From the NCBI GenBank assembly GCA_963766075.1, contig CAVYAN010000121.1, forward strand, positions 1-34,354: a DNA stretch of 34,354 nt. The letters are read 5' to 3'. The DNA is from an uncultured cyanobacterium. Lineage in GTDB: Bacteria > Cyanobacteriota > Cyanobacteriia > Leptolyngbyales > Leptolyngbyaceae. Of the stretch, positions 1 through 8,524 are shown piece by piece. Both the position numbers and the translations under genes were made by a program. Below the pieces are notes generated by a model that saw nothing but the letters and a program-made list of their open reading frames with translations, made no database searches and was not told the DNA's origin. The stretch's first letter is position 1. Each line of letters opens with the position of its first letter.

Positions 1-233
1 GACGCATCCGGTCTTCTGCTGTCGCTCCTGGAGGGTCGCGCCCAGTCCCCATGTAAAGGCTGGCCTTCGGCCACCGCCCGCAGGGCGGCTGACGGCCTTG
101 ACACGGGGACATGCCCATGACCGGAACCGCTCCGGGCTTTCGACGCTGGCTCTCGGGCAGGCCACAGGGTAAGACTTCGTGCCAACTTTTTCAATGTCGG
201 CAAAAAACTACGGATTTTAGACCGGCATCCACA
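1..233 (-). mobile_element. Terminal region of a probable IS21-family element inserted into the IS3 orfB; continues off the left edge
   Basis: On the minus strand the IS3 orfB reading stops abruptly at TGTGGATGCCGGTCTAAAATCCGTAG-TTTTTTGCCGACATTGAAAAAG. This starts with TG and has two related TGCCG..AAAA sub-repeats, as IS21 ends do. An imperfect GC-rich palindrome follows (about 51-104). Confidence 0.5.
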
Positions 234-1282
234 CTGGGCCAGATGCGCGGCATGATCGGCGCTGTCGCTGTCATGCACCTCGAAGCCGACGATCTTGCGG
301 CTGTACAGGTCCAGGATCAGGTACAGATAGAACCAGCGTCCGGCACGTGTCGCCGGCAGGACGTCATGTCCCAGCACCACACCTGGCCCGGAGCCGTGGC
401 GACGTGCGTGGTCGGCGGGCGAGACCGGCGCGGTGGCCTTGGCGCGGCCTCGATGCGGCTCTGGCCGTGCGCGCGCAGCACGCGACGGAAGCTGGATTCG
501 CTGGCGATGTAGACGCCTTCGTCGGCCAGCATCGGCACGATGCGCGCCGGCGGGAGTTCGGCGAAGCGCGGCTCGTTCGCCACCTCAGCACGATGCGTCG
601 CGCTCATCCTCGGTCAGGGCGTGCGCCGGCGACGGGCCGCACCGCTTCCGGCCGCCGATCGCCCGCGTCGAGACCCTCGCGGCCTTCCAGCGCTGCAGGG
701 TGCGCAGGTCGATCCCGGCCATCTCGCAGGCCGCGTGCAGCCGAGCGCCGTCTGGCGTGGGCCTCTGCGATGTCGTCGGACCAGGGTCTGGCGATCTTCC
801 AGGCCGATCATTCGTCCTCGCCTTGTGGAAGATCGCCTCGAGTTTTTTTGACAGCACCAGCAACGCCGCCGTCTCGGCCAGCGCCTTGTCCTTGCGCTGC
901 AGTTCGCGCTCGAGTTCCTTGATCCGGCGCCGGTCCTCGCTTCGTCTCCGCGGCTGCGCGCGCCTCCCCGGGCGCGGCCAGCGCCGGCGTCGCGCCTGTC
1001 CCGCCACTGCTCCAGGTCGGCTCGGGAAAACGCCATGCTCGCGGCACCAGGCGCTGCGCGCGGCCTCGTCCATCGCCGCCGTCGCGATCACGGCCTCAAG
1101 CCGCGCCGCGGCGGTCCAGGCCGCGCTCTCGCCGAGGCGCTGGCCAGGCCTCCGCCCGCCAACGCTCCAGCGTCGCGACGCTGATCCCGACCTTGCTCGA
1201 GACCACTTCCACCGGCGAACTCTCAGGCGGCAGCAACCGCGCTACCAGCCTTGTCCTTGAATGCCTGTCCGTATCGAGCCAA
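234..1282 (-). mobile_element. Degraded IS3-family element (orfA + orfB transposase), multiply frameshifted and truncated
   Basis: Joining frames gives orfA MARYGQAFKDKA/VARLLPPESS...TLERWRAE...RRIKELERELQRKDKALAETAALLVLSKK (TTG 1282 to ~808). orfB starts at an overlapping ATGA (811): MIGLEDRQ...PPARIVPMLADEGVYIASESSF...WCWDMT...WFYLYLILDLYSRKIVGFEV, which is the start of the rve/DDE core. An A7 run lies at 843-849. Confidence 0.88.
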
Positions 1283-1326
1283 GTCCGTCCTTCATCGCCC
1301 CCATGGGGTCCCCATCCTATGTAGGC

Positions 1327-1590
1327 TAGCTGGTTGCGAGTTTCAGGCACCGCAAAAATGCCTCAGATTGATCAACGTGTACCCCATCAGCTTCATACCG
1401 TAATGCCGCTGCTGTTTGAACTCGAAACGCAACAGCAGCCGCTTGAATTTATCCTCCCACGCGAAGGTCCGCTCCACGCATAGCCGTAACGAATGGATGG
1501 CGGCGTTGAACAGCCGCTCCGTCCGCGCTTCGGGGTCTTCCGGTTGCGCGGGTTTTCGTTGATGTTTGGGATGAGCCCCGCGTTGAAGAA
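1327..1590 (-). mobile_element. IS5-family transposase C-terminal fragment with its right terminal region
   Basis: Minus strand reads FNAGLIPNINENPRNRKTPKRGR/RLFNAAIHSLRLCVERTFAWEDKFKRLLLRFE...YTLINLRHFCGA* (stop 1343-1345). It contains the IS5-type VERxFAW..KFxRL motif and one frameshift. The stop is followed by AACTCGCAACCAGCTAG, ending in CTAG. Confidence 0.75.
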
Positions 1591-1658
1591 CAAAGACCGA
1601 ACGGTCAGAAGCTGGCAGCGACGTATTGCTATTAATGCCCCAAAGAGAGTAAACTACT

Positions 1659-2327
1659 ATGCGTCACTTACTCAGCGTCGATCACGTTACGTATGCCTGT
1701 GCCCAAGGCATGATTGAAAAGTGGGCATGGTTTCATATTGAAGTTGAGGGAGGCACGTTGATCACCCGCCTTGATGATGTTGATCCGACCAACACCAGAA
1801 GCAGTATGAAGCTATGGTGCATCGATTTTGGTAACTTTGGTATTGCTTTGGTGGAAGGCATCGATCGCGCGGAGAAGTCACAGGTGACACTCTTCGCCGA
1901 ACGACATGGTGATCACAGCATTCAGCATGTTGCCTACGACACTGCCAATCTAGACGAGTTTACCGAACGGCTGAAGCAATATGGTTGCCATCCCCTAGGA
2001 GAACCGATTGCGAAACGGGATCCCTTTGGTCTACTAAAGCAACTGTTCTGCAAAGGGTACTCTCAGTTAAGCCCTGCTGAAACAGCCTTTGCTGAATATG
2101 TACAGCGGCCTAAGAGTGTGCAAGAAGAATTAGAAGTCACCTTTTCCCAAAAAGCGGGCAAGGGATTTTATCGGCAGATCGAGGAAGCGATGGCCCAGGG
2201 GTTGCAGACCACCTTCACGACTTTTTCGGAAATGCCCGAGACCTGGCAAGTGCCTCAGGTACCACCGCCTGAGGCGGCGGCGGACGAAAAGTCCCCTGCG
2301 GGTACGAAAGCCTTGCAAGAGACGTAG
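1659..2327 (+). CDS. Single-domain VOC-fold protein homologous to the catalytic C-terminal domain of 4-hydroxyphenylpyruvate dioxygenase / hydroxymandelate synthase
   Basis: Motifs VDHV (H9), SQV..F..RHG..SIQHVA (H90), LLKQLF and FAEYVQR (E146) match the 2-His-1-Glu iron triad layout of the HPPD C-domain. The protein is only 222 aa. Confidence 0.7.
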   Translation: MRHLLSVDHVTYACAQGMIEKWAWFHIEVEGGTLITRLDDVDPTNTRSSMKLWCIDFGNFGIALVEGIDRAEKSQVTLFAERHGDHSIQHVAYDTANLDEFTERLKQYGCHPLGEPIAKRDPFGLLKQLFCKGYSQLSPAETAFAEYVQRPKSVQEELEVTFSQKAGKGFYRQIEEAMAQGLQTTFTTFSEMPETWQVPQVPPPEAAADEKSPAGTKALQET

Positions 2328-2383
2328 ACCGTAAATTGGGCGATCGCAACACCGCATAACCCTACTGTGATGGGTACTGAACC

Positions 2384-3514
2384 ATGGCCATTTCCGATAA
2401 GCTCCAACAGATTGATCACGCCTTAATCCAACTGCTCAGTGAGCGCATCGCAATTCTGTCCACAACTACAGCACCTGCCATTGAGGAACAGCTCTCGAAT
2501 TGCGAGGACTGGTTAGCCCAGGCAGGACTGCCCGCGCGGACTTGGCAAAGTGTGGTGACCAGTTGCATGGCCGCCCTGGTACAGGCCCCAGCGGTGCTCC
2601 ATTCTGCGCAGAGCCACAGAATCACGGTGGTGGGTGGACGTGGCCTGATGGGGCAGTTCTTTAGCGATCGCCTACGGACCATGGGCCATTCGGTGAGCGT
2701 GCTGGAATATGACGGCTGGGCTGAAGCCGATCGGTTGCTGGGGCAGGCGGATTTAGTCCTCATCTGTGTACCGCTGAAGGCCACCCTGGGGGTAATTCGG
2801 CGGGTGGCCCCCTACTTATCGGCGACAACCTTGCTAGCAGACATCGCCAGTACAAAAGCCACGATTGTCGAAGCCATGCTGGAAAGCCATGCTGGTCCGG
2901 TCATGGGTTTACATCCCCTGTTTGGTCCCGGAGTTGCCTCGTTTTTGGCCCAAAAAGTGGCGGTTTGCCCCGGGCGGCAGCCAGAAGCGTTTCAGTGGCT
3001 GCTCGATGGGATTGCAGCGGATGGGGGCACGCTCATTCCCTGCACCCCACAGGAGCACGATCTGATGATGATTACGGTGCAGGCCATCCGGCACTTTACG
3101 ACATTCAGTCTGGGGGTGTTTTTGGCCGAAGAAGGAATCGCCATTGACCGCACCCTAGAGTTTGCAAGTCCAATTTATCGGACTGAAATTAACCTGATCA
3201 GTCGTCTATTTGCGCAGGCAGGCGACCTTTCCATGGATATTATGCTGGCTGCTCCCGATCGCCCGGAAGCCATTCAGCGCCTTGTCCAAACCTGCGATCG
3301 CCTTGCCCAGTATTTAGCCCAGGGCGATCGATCTGCTCTCCTCGCTGAATTTGAGACGGCCCGGGAATCCTTTCGAGAGGAGTCCCCCCGGGCCTTGCAA
3401 GAAAGCAACCATGTGATCAATAGCCTGAGCACATTTCTGGCGGCCAGCGCCATGGCAACGGCTCGCCAAACCCCGCCGTCCCCACTGCCTTTACCACTGC
3501 GGCTGGGACGATAG
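2384..3514 (+). CDS. tyrA: Bifunctional chorismate mutase / prephenate dehydrogenase (TyrA); CM domain short and degenerate
   Basis: N-terminal LQQIDHALIQLLSERI (CM type II-like), then VVGGRGLMG Rossmann motif, DIASTK, GLHPLFGP and EHDLMM..VQAIRHF. The 3' end overlaps the convergent gene by 24 bp. Confidence 0.9.
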   Translation: MAISDKLQQIDHALIQLLSERIAILSTTTAPAIEEQLSNCEDWLAQAGLPARTWQSVVTSCMAALVQAPAVLHSAQSHRITVVGGRGLMGQFFSDRLRTMGHSVSVLEYDGWAEADRLLGQADLVLICVPLKATLGVIRRVAPYLSATTLLADIASTKATIVEAMLESHAGPVMGLHPLFGPGVASFLAQKVAVCPGRQPEAFQWLLDGIAADGGTLIPCTPQEHDLMMITVQAIRHFTTFSLGVFLAEEGIAIDRTLEFASPIYRTEINLISRLFAQAGDLSMDIMLAAPDRPEAIQRLVQTCDRLAQYLAQGDRSALLAEFETARESFREESPRALQESNHVINSLSTFLAASAMATARQTPPSPLPLPLRLGR

Positions 3515-6250
3515 CAGTTCACCGGCCTCATCTACGCGCAAGGGTTTCGAGAATAAATAGCCCTGCCCGTAGTCGCAGCCTAACTCTCGCAGCAGTTCCA
3601 GTTGCTCTGGGGTTTCAATGCCCTCGGCCACAATGTCCATGCCCAAGTTGTGCCCCAACATGATGATGGTTTGAACAATTTGATTTTCTTCGTTGCCATA
3701 CCCCATGCGACCCACAAAGGAGCGATCGACCTTAATGGTACTGGTGGGAAATCGATGCAAGTAACTGAGGGAGGAATAGCCGGTGCCAAAGTCGTCAATG
3801 CTCAGTTGCAAATTTAAGCCGCGCAGCCGACCCAGCATGGCGATCGCCGCTTCAGCATCGGTCATGGCGACACTTTCGGTAATTTCCAACTTCAATTGTT
3901 CAGGGGCGAGTCCCGTCTGCTGCAAAATCGCTTCCACATTCTCGACGAGGTGGGCCTGAGAGAATTGTTTTCCCGACAAATTCACACTCATAACCAGCGG
4001 AGAAGCCTGGGGATACCGTTTTTGCCAGACGCACAATTGCTGACAGGCCGTCTGAATCGCCCAATGGCCCAACGGTACAATCAAATCCGTTGCTTCCGCA
4101 ATGGGAATAAAGTGTGTCGGTGAGACCAGCCCTCGTACCGGGTGCAGCCAGCGAGACAAGGCTTCAAACCCCACAATTTTGCCACTGCCAAGAGCAACGA
4201 TGGGCTGGTAGTGCAACTGCAATTCCTGCCGCTCCAGAGCATAGTGCAGATCTGTTTCCAGTTGCAGACGCGTCACCCGTTGCTGCCGCATACCAGAAGC
4301 AAACATTTGGTGACAAGCCTTGCCCGAGGCTTTGGCTTGGTGCATGGCTGTGTTGGCATCCCGCAAAATATCCTCTGGAAGATAGTTCGGATTGCCCAAA
4401 TTTAGCGCTATGCCCACGCTGGCCGAGATAAACACTTCGTGTTTGTCCAGATGAAATGGGTAGCTCCACTGTTGCCGCAACCGTTCGGCTAACAGTGTAA
4501 TCTCTGATTCTTGCTGGACTTGTTGGCGCAAAATCGCAAATTCATCCCCACCGACGCGCCCAATGCGATCGCCAGCATCCATGCAACTTTGCAATCGCCG
4601 GGTCATTTCAATCAACAACTGATCGCCTAGGAGATGACCAAGACTGTCGTTAACGGTTTTGAATCCATTCAGCCCAATGGAGAGCACGGCCAGACAGGTC
4701 GGAAATTCGCTCGAATCCTGCAAGATGTCCTGCGAGATGCCGCTTAGGGTACCGCTCAAGGTGCCACTTAGGGTGTCGCTTAGAGTGCCGCTTAGGGTGC
4801 CGCTCAAGGTGCTATCCGATTGGAGGGCATAGTCCAGGGTCGGCAGTGGGGCCAGCGGCGATCCACTGGGTTCGGACCAGTGGAACCACCGGAGCATCGC
4901 AGTTGAGGGTGACTTGGATACGTTCGACGGGGCCGTGGCACGCTGTAGGTAGCGCAGGAAGTGGGCACGGTTGGGCAGTTGAGTGAGCGGATCATGGAAG
5001 GTATCATGGAGGAGGCGATAGGCCACGATGCAGGCTGTAGTTCCCGCGAGGGCGATCGCCGCCGGGACAAAGGGCACCCACCCTTCCAGCAGAAACAAGC
5101 CAAAGCAACTGCCCCCTAAGCTCACCCCCGCCACTAGAATACTGCCAATCATCTGGGAAGGCTGACGAAACCACCAGGCCAGAAGGCTGCCTACCCAAGC
5201 CCAAGCCCCAATCCACAGAATTTCCCACCCTTCCGACCAGTACCAGACTAGGGGCCTGCCATCCAGTACCGCCCCTAAAATCTGACTGGTGATTTGGGCA
5301 TGAATCATCACACCGGGCGTCGTGGGACTATGCTGCCGCATTTTATTGTAAGGAGTCAGAAATAAATCCTTGGCACTGGCCGCAGTAGTCCCGATCAGGA
5401 TCACTTTGCCCGTAATCCACTCTGGATTAACCTGACCTTGCAAGACTTGCTCCAAGCTCACCTGTCGGGCAATGTTTTGACCCATCCGATAGCTCACCAG
5501 CATTTGATAGCCAAGATCGTCTAAATCTTGATATCCTCCAGTGCGAGAATTCATGGCTGGAAACACGGCGCTCCCAATTTGCAGGGCATTGGTCTGCACT
5601 TGGAAATTTTGCGTCTTGCCCAGATAGGCCAAACTGAGTCTCAGCGCCAGGGAGTAGAGGCGCTCATCCTGATTGTTCGCAAATAACAAGCAACGGCGGA
5701 TAACTGCATCCGTATCGACTAAAAAGTCGCTGAAGCCAATTTGGGCTTCTGGCATGCTAGGGGGAGGTGGCACACTATTTTCATCCTCCCCCAATAGAGT
5801 AATAGCAACGACATTGGGAACTTTGAGCTGTTGGGCCAGTTCTGATGTGCCGGGGGGGGCGGGCAAATCCCGATAGATGTCGAGGCCAATCACGCGAGGA
5901 TGGTAGTGTTGCAGGCTATTCAGCATTTTGGCGATGACAGCATCACTCAAGGGCCACTGGCGCTGGCGTTGAATATCTTCATCCGTAATCGTGACAATCA
6001 GCAGACGTGGATCCGGGCCAGTGCTGGGGCGCAATTGGATCATCCGATCTAAGCTCAGCAGTTCCAGAGATTGCCAGCCGCCCATTTCGCGGATGCCCAC
6101 GGTCAAGGTGGTGACTAAGAGGCTTGCCAAAATAGTGGGATGGCTCATCCAGCGTGCTGTCATCCCCCCACCCCGTCTCATTGTTCTTGCCAAGGTCTTG
6201 TGGAAATCTGCCATAAAGCTATCTGTATATATAAGGAAGCTGACTGGCAA
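3491..6250 (-). CDS. CHASE2 - 3 TM - GGDEF - EAL c-di-GMP signalling protein (true start may be slightly downstream)
   Basis: CHASE2 motifs (DPRLLIVTITDEDI, WPLSD, IGLDIYRD, GKVILIG, PGVMIHAQ), three TM helices, HDPLTQLPNR, GGDEF, GFEAL, DDFGTGYSSL and GQGYLFSKP. Confidence 0.93.
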   Translation of the reverse strand: MPVSFLIYTDSFMADFHKTLARTMRRGGGMTARWMSHPTILASLLVTTLTVGIREMGGWQSLELLSLDRMIQLRPSTGPDPRLLIVTITDEDIQRQRQWPLSDAVIAKMLNSLQHYHPRVIGLDIYRDLPAPPGTSELAQQLKVPNVVAITLLGEDENSVPPPPSMPEAQIGFSDFLVDTDAVIRRCLLFANNQDERLYSLALRLSLAYLGKTQNFQVQTNALQIGSAVFPAMNSRTGGYQDLDDLGYQMLVSYRMGQNIARQVSLEQVLQGQVNPEWITGKVILIGTTAASAKDLFLTPYNKMRQHSPTTPGVMIHAQITSQILGAVLDGRPLVWYWSEGWEILWIGAWAWVGSLLAWWFRQPSQMIGSILVAGVSLGGSCFGLFLLEGWVPFVPAAIALAGTTACIVAYRLLHDTFHDPLTQLPNRAHFLRYLQRATAPSNVSKSPSTAMLRWFHWSEPSGSPLAPLPTLDYALQSDSTLSGTLSGTLSDTLSGTLSGTLSGISQDILQDSSEFPTCLAVLSIGLNGFKTVNDSLGHLLGDQLLIEMTRRLQSCMDAGDRIGRVGGDEFAILRQQVQQESEITLLAERLRQQWSYPFHLDKHEVFISASVGIALNLGNPNYLPEDILRDANTAMHQAKASGKACHQMFASGMRQQRVTRLQLETDLHYALERQELQLHYQPIVALGSGKIVGFEALSRWLHPVRGLVSPTHFIPIAEATDLIVPLGHWAIQTACQQLCVWQKRYPQASPLVMSVNLSGKQFSQAHLVENVEAILQQTGLAPEQLKLEITESVAMTDAEAAIAMLGRLRGLNLQLSIDDFGTGYSSLSYLHRFPTSTIKVDRSFVGRMGYGNEENQIVQTIIMLGHNLGMDIVAEGIETPEQLELLRELGCDYGQGYLFSKPLRVDEAGELLSSQPQW
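4739..4810. repeat. Six in-frame 12-bp tandem repeats encoding (TLSG)n
   Basis: Plus-strand units gccgcttagggt, accgctcaaggt, gccacttagggt, gtcgcttagagt, gccgcttagggt, gccgctcaaggt translate on the minus strand as TLSGTLSGTLSDTLSGTLSGTLSG. Confidence 0.95.
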
Positions 6251-6574
6251 CCCAGCAGGTGACCTAACTCAATAGTGTATTTTCTTGCGGGAAAATTAGA
6301 AGAATTAATTGAGTTTATCTATCGGGCAGCCATCTGCCTGAATCGCCCAATCCCATCCCTTAACCATCTATTTCGCCCTAGAAATGGGCGTTCGACAAGT
6401 GGGGATATTACGGAATGATGAAGTTTTATAATTTCATCTACTGTGCGATCCCAACAACCTACCTTGCTGCGGGCCGTTATTCCAACTGGGTCTGACCCAT
6501 CACGCTCTGGTGTTTGCCGCCGCTCAACCAGAGGGTTATCCTGAAGGCGTATTGCATAAAGGGGACCGAAATAC

Positions 6575-8479
6575 ATGTGTGGAATCGTTGGGTATATCGG
6601 TACGCAGGCTGCGAGTGGCATTTTGTTAGAGGGACTTCGCAAGCTAGAATATCGCGGTTATGATTCTGCGGGGATTGCGACGGTATTAGAGGGCGAAATC
6701 CACTGTGTGCGGGCCAAGGGCAAATTGCATAACCTGGAAGAGAAACTGGCGGGGGAAATTAATCCCGCCCGCATGGGCATTGCCCATACCCGCTGGGCTA
6801 CCCATGGCAAGCCTGAGGAATACAATGCCCACCCACACACCGATATGTCTGGACGGTTGGCCGTGATTCAGAATGGCATTGTGGAAAACTACCGTGACCT
6901 GCGGGAGGCGCTCAAGTCGCAGGGGTGTGAATTCCGCTCCGAAACCGACACCGAGGTCATTCCTCATTTGATTGCGGAGAAGCTCAAGGCATTGACGGCA
7001 GCAACGGCAGCCCCGATCGCAGGCACCTCTACTTTACTGGAGGCCGTCCGATTAGCGGTTCATGAGTTGCATGGGGCATTTGCGATCGCCGTAATTTCTG
7101 CGGACTTCCCCGATGAGCTGATTGTGGTTCGCCAGCAGGCTCCGGTCGTGCTGGGCTTTGGCCAAGGGGAGTTCTACTGTGCCTCGGATACCCCTGCCCT
7201 TGTGCCCTATACGCGCGCTGTATTGCCGTTGGAAAATGGTGAAATGGCCCGCATGACCCCACTGGGTGTGGAAATTTATGATTTCACAGGGCATCGGCTC
7301 AAGAAAAAGCCGCAAATGCTGAACTGGAACCCCATGATGGTGGAAAAGCAGGGATTCCGTCACTTCATGCTAAAGGAAATCTTTGAGCAGCCCGGTGTGG
7401 TACGGACTTGTTTGGAAGCCTATACGAATGCCGATTGGACTGTGGATGCACCCGACTCGCCGATTCGCCTGGGTCTGCCGTTGGATCTGTATGCGGATGT
7501 GGAGCATATTCAAATTGTGGCCTGTGGTACAAGCTGGCATGCGGGCCTGGTGGGGAAATATTTGCTGGAGCAGTTGGCGGGAATTCCCACAACGGTCCAC
7601 TATGCGTCGGAGTTTCGCTACAGTCCGCCGCCGCTACAGGCCAACACCTTGACCATTGGGGTGACTCAATCCGGTGAAACGGCGGATACCTTGGCCGCCT
7701 TGGAGATGGAAAAGCTGCGGCGGGCGGACAAGCCGGGGGCAATGCGGGCGCGATCGCTGGGCATTACTAACCGGACCGAAAGCTCCCTAGGACGGATTGT
7801 CGATGCCACGCTGGATACCCATGCGGGGATTGAAATTGGGGTGGCCGCGACCAAAACGTTCATTGCCCAGTTGATGGCGTTCTATTTCTTGGCGTTGGAT
7901 TTGACCTATCGTCGCCAAGCCCTCCCGAAAGTGGCGATCGCGAAAATTCTGGCGGGGCTGCAACAGTTGCCCTCTCAAGTTGAAATTATTTTAGAAAGTC
8001 AGGAACGCTACATTGAAGAAATCTCCCATGCCTTTGCGGAGACACAGGATTTTATCTTTTTAGGACGGGGAATTAACTTCCCGATTGCGCTGGAGGGTGC
8101 GCTCAAACTAAAGGAAATTAGCTATATCCATGCCGAGGGCTATCCGGCTGGGGAAATGAAGCATGGCCCGATCGCCCTGCTGGATGCAAAGGTGCCCGTG
8201 GTGGCGATCGCCGTTCCTGGCAGCGTCTTTGAAAAAGTGCTGTCCAATGCCCAAGAAGCTCGCGCCCGCGATGCGCAACTGATTGGCATCACCCCCATGG
8301 ACGAGCAGGATGCTGCCGACACCTTCGATACCCTGATTCCCGTCCCCCATGTGGATGAAATTCTATCACCGATTGTGACGGTGATTCCCCTGCAACTGCT
8401 GTCGTACCACATTGCCGCCCGCCGGGGATTGGACGTGGATCAGCCACGCAATTTGGCCAAGAGTGTCACCGTTGAATAG
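6575..8479 (+). CDS. glmS: Glutamine--fructose-6-phosphate aminotransferase
   Basis: MCGIVG N-terminus, LEYRGYDSAG, HTRWATHG, QSGETADT and the C-terminus PRNLAKSVTVE. Confidence 0.99.
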   Translation: MCGIVGYIGTQAASGILLEGLRKLEYRGYDSAGIATVLEGEIHCVRAKGKLHNLEEKLAGEINPARMGIAHTRWATHGKPEEYNAHPHTDMSGRLAVIQNGIVENYRDLREALKSQGCEFRSETDTEVIPHLIAEKLKALTAATAAPIAGTSTLLEAVRLAVHELHGAFAIAVISADFPDELIVVRQQAPVVLGFGQGEFYCASDTPALVPYTRAVLPLENGEMARMTPLGVEIYDFTGHRLKKKPQMLNWNPMMVEKQGFRHFMLKEIFEQPGVVRTCLEAYTNADWTVDAPDSPIRLGLPLDLYADVEHIQIVACGTSWHAGLVGKYLLEQLAGIPTTVHYASEFRYSPPPLQANTLTIGVTQSGETADTLAALEMEKLRRADKPGAMRARSLGITNRTESSLGRIVDATLDTHAGIEIGVAATKTFIAQLMAFYFLALDLTYRRQALPKVAIAKILAGLQQLPSQVEIILESQERYIEEISHAFAETQDFIFLGRGINFPIALEGALKLKEISYIHAEGYPAGEMKHGPIALLDAKVPVVAIAVPGSVFEKVLSNAQEARARDAQLIGITPMDEQDAADTFDTLIPVPHVDEILSPIVTVIPLQLLSYHIAARRGLDVDQPRNLAKSVTVE

Positions 8480-8524
8480 GGCTTTTCTGAATCGGGTTTT
8501 CTCCCTGAACAACTGGACAACGCA

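Noticed and set aside
111..1260. Plus-strand ORFs of 103-275 aa
   Set aside because: They are Arg/Ala/Pro-rich shadows antisense to the GC-rich IS3 transposase.
2384..3514. Scytonemin biosynthesis cluster, suggested by the tyrA copy
   Set aside because: No scyA-F, trp/aro duplicates or ebo genes lie nearby in this window.
6300..6574. glmS ribozyme upstream of glmS
   Set aside because: I could not recognise the conserved ribozyme core, and this ribozyme is mainly known from Firmicutes.
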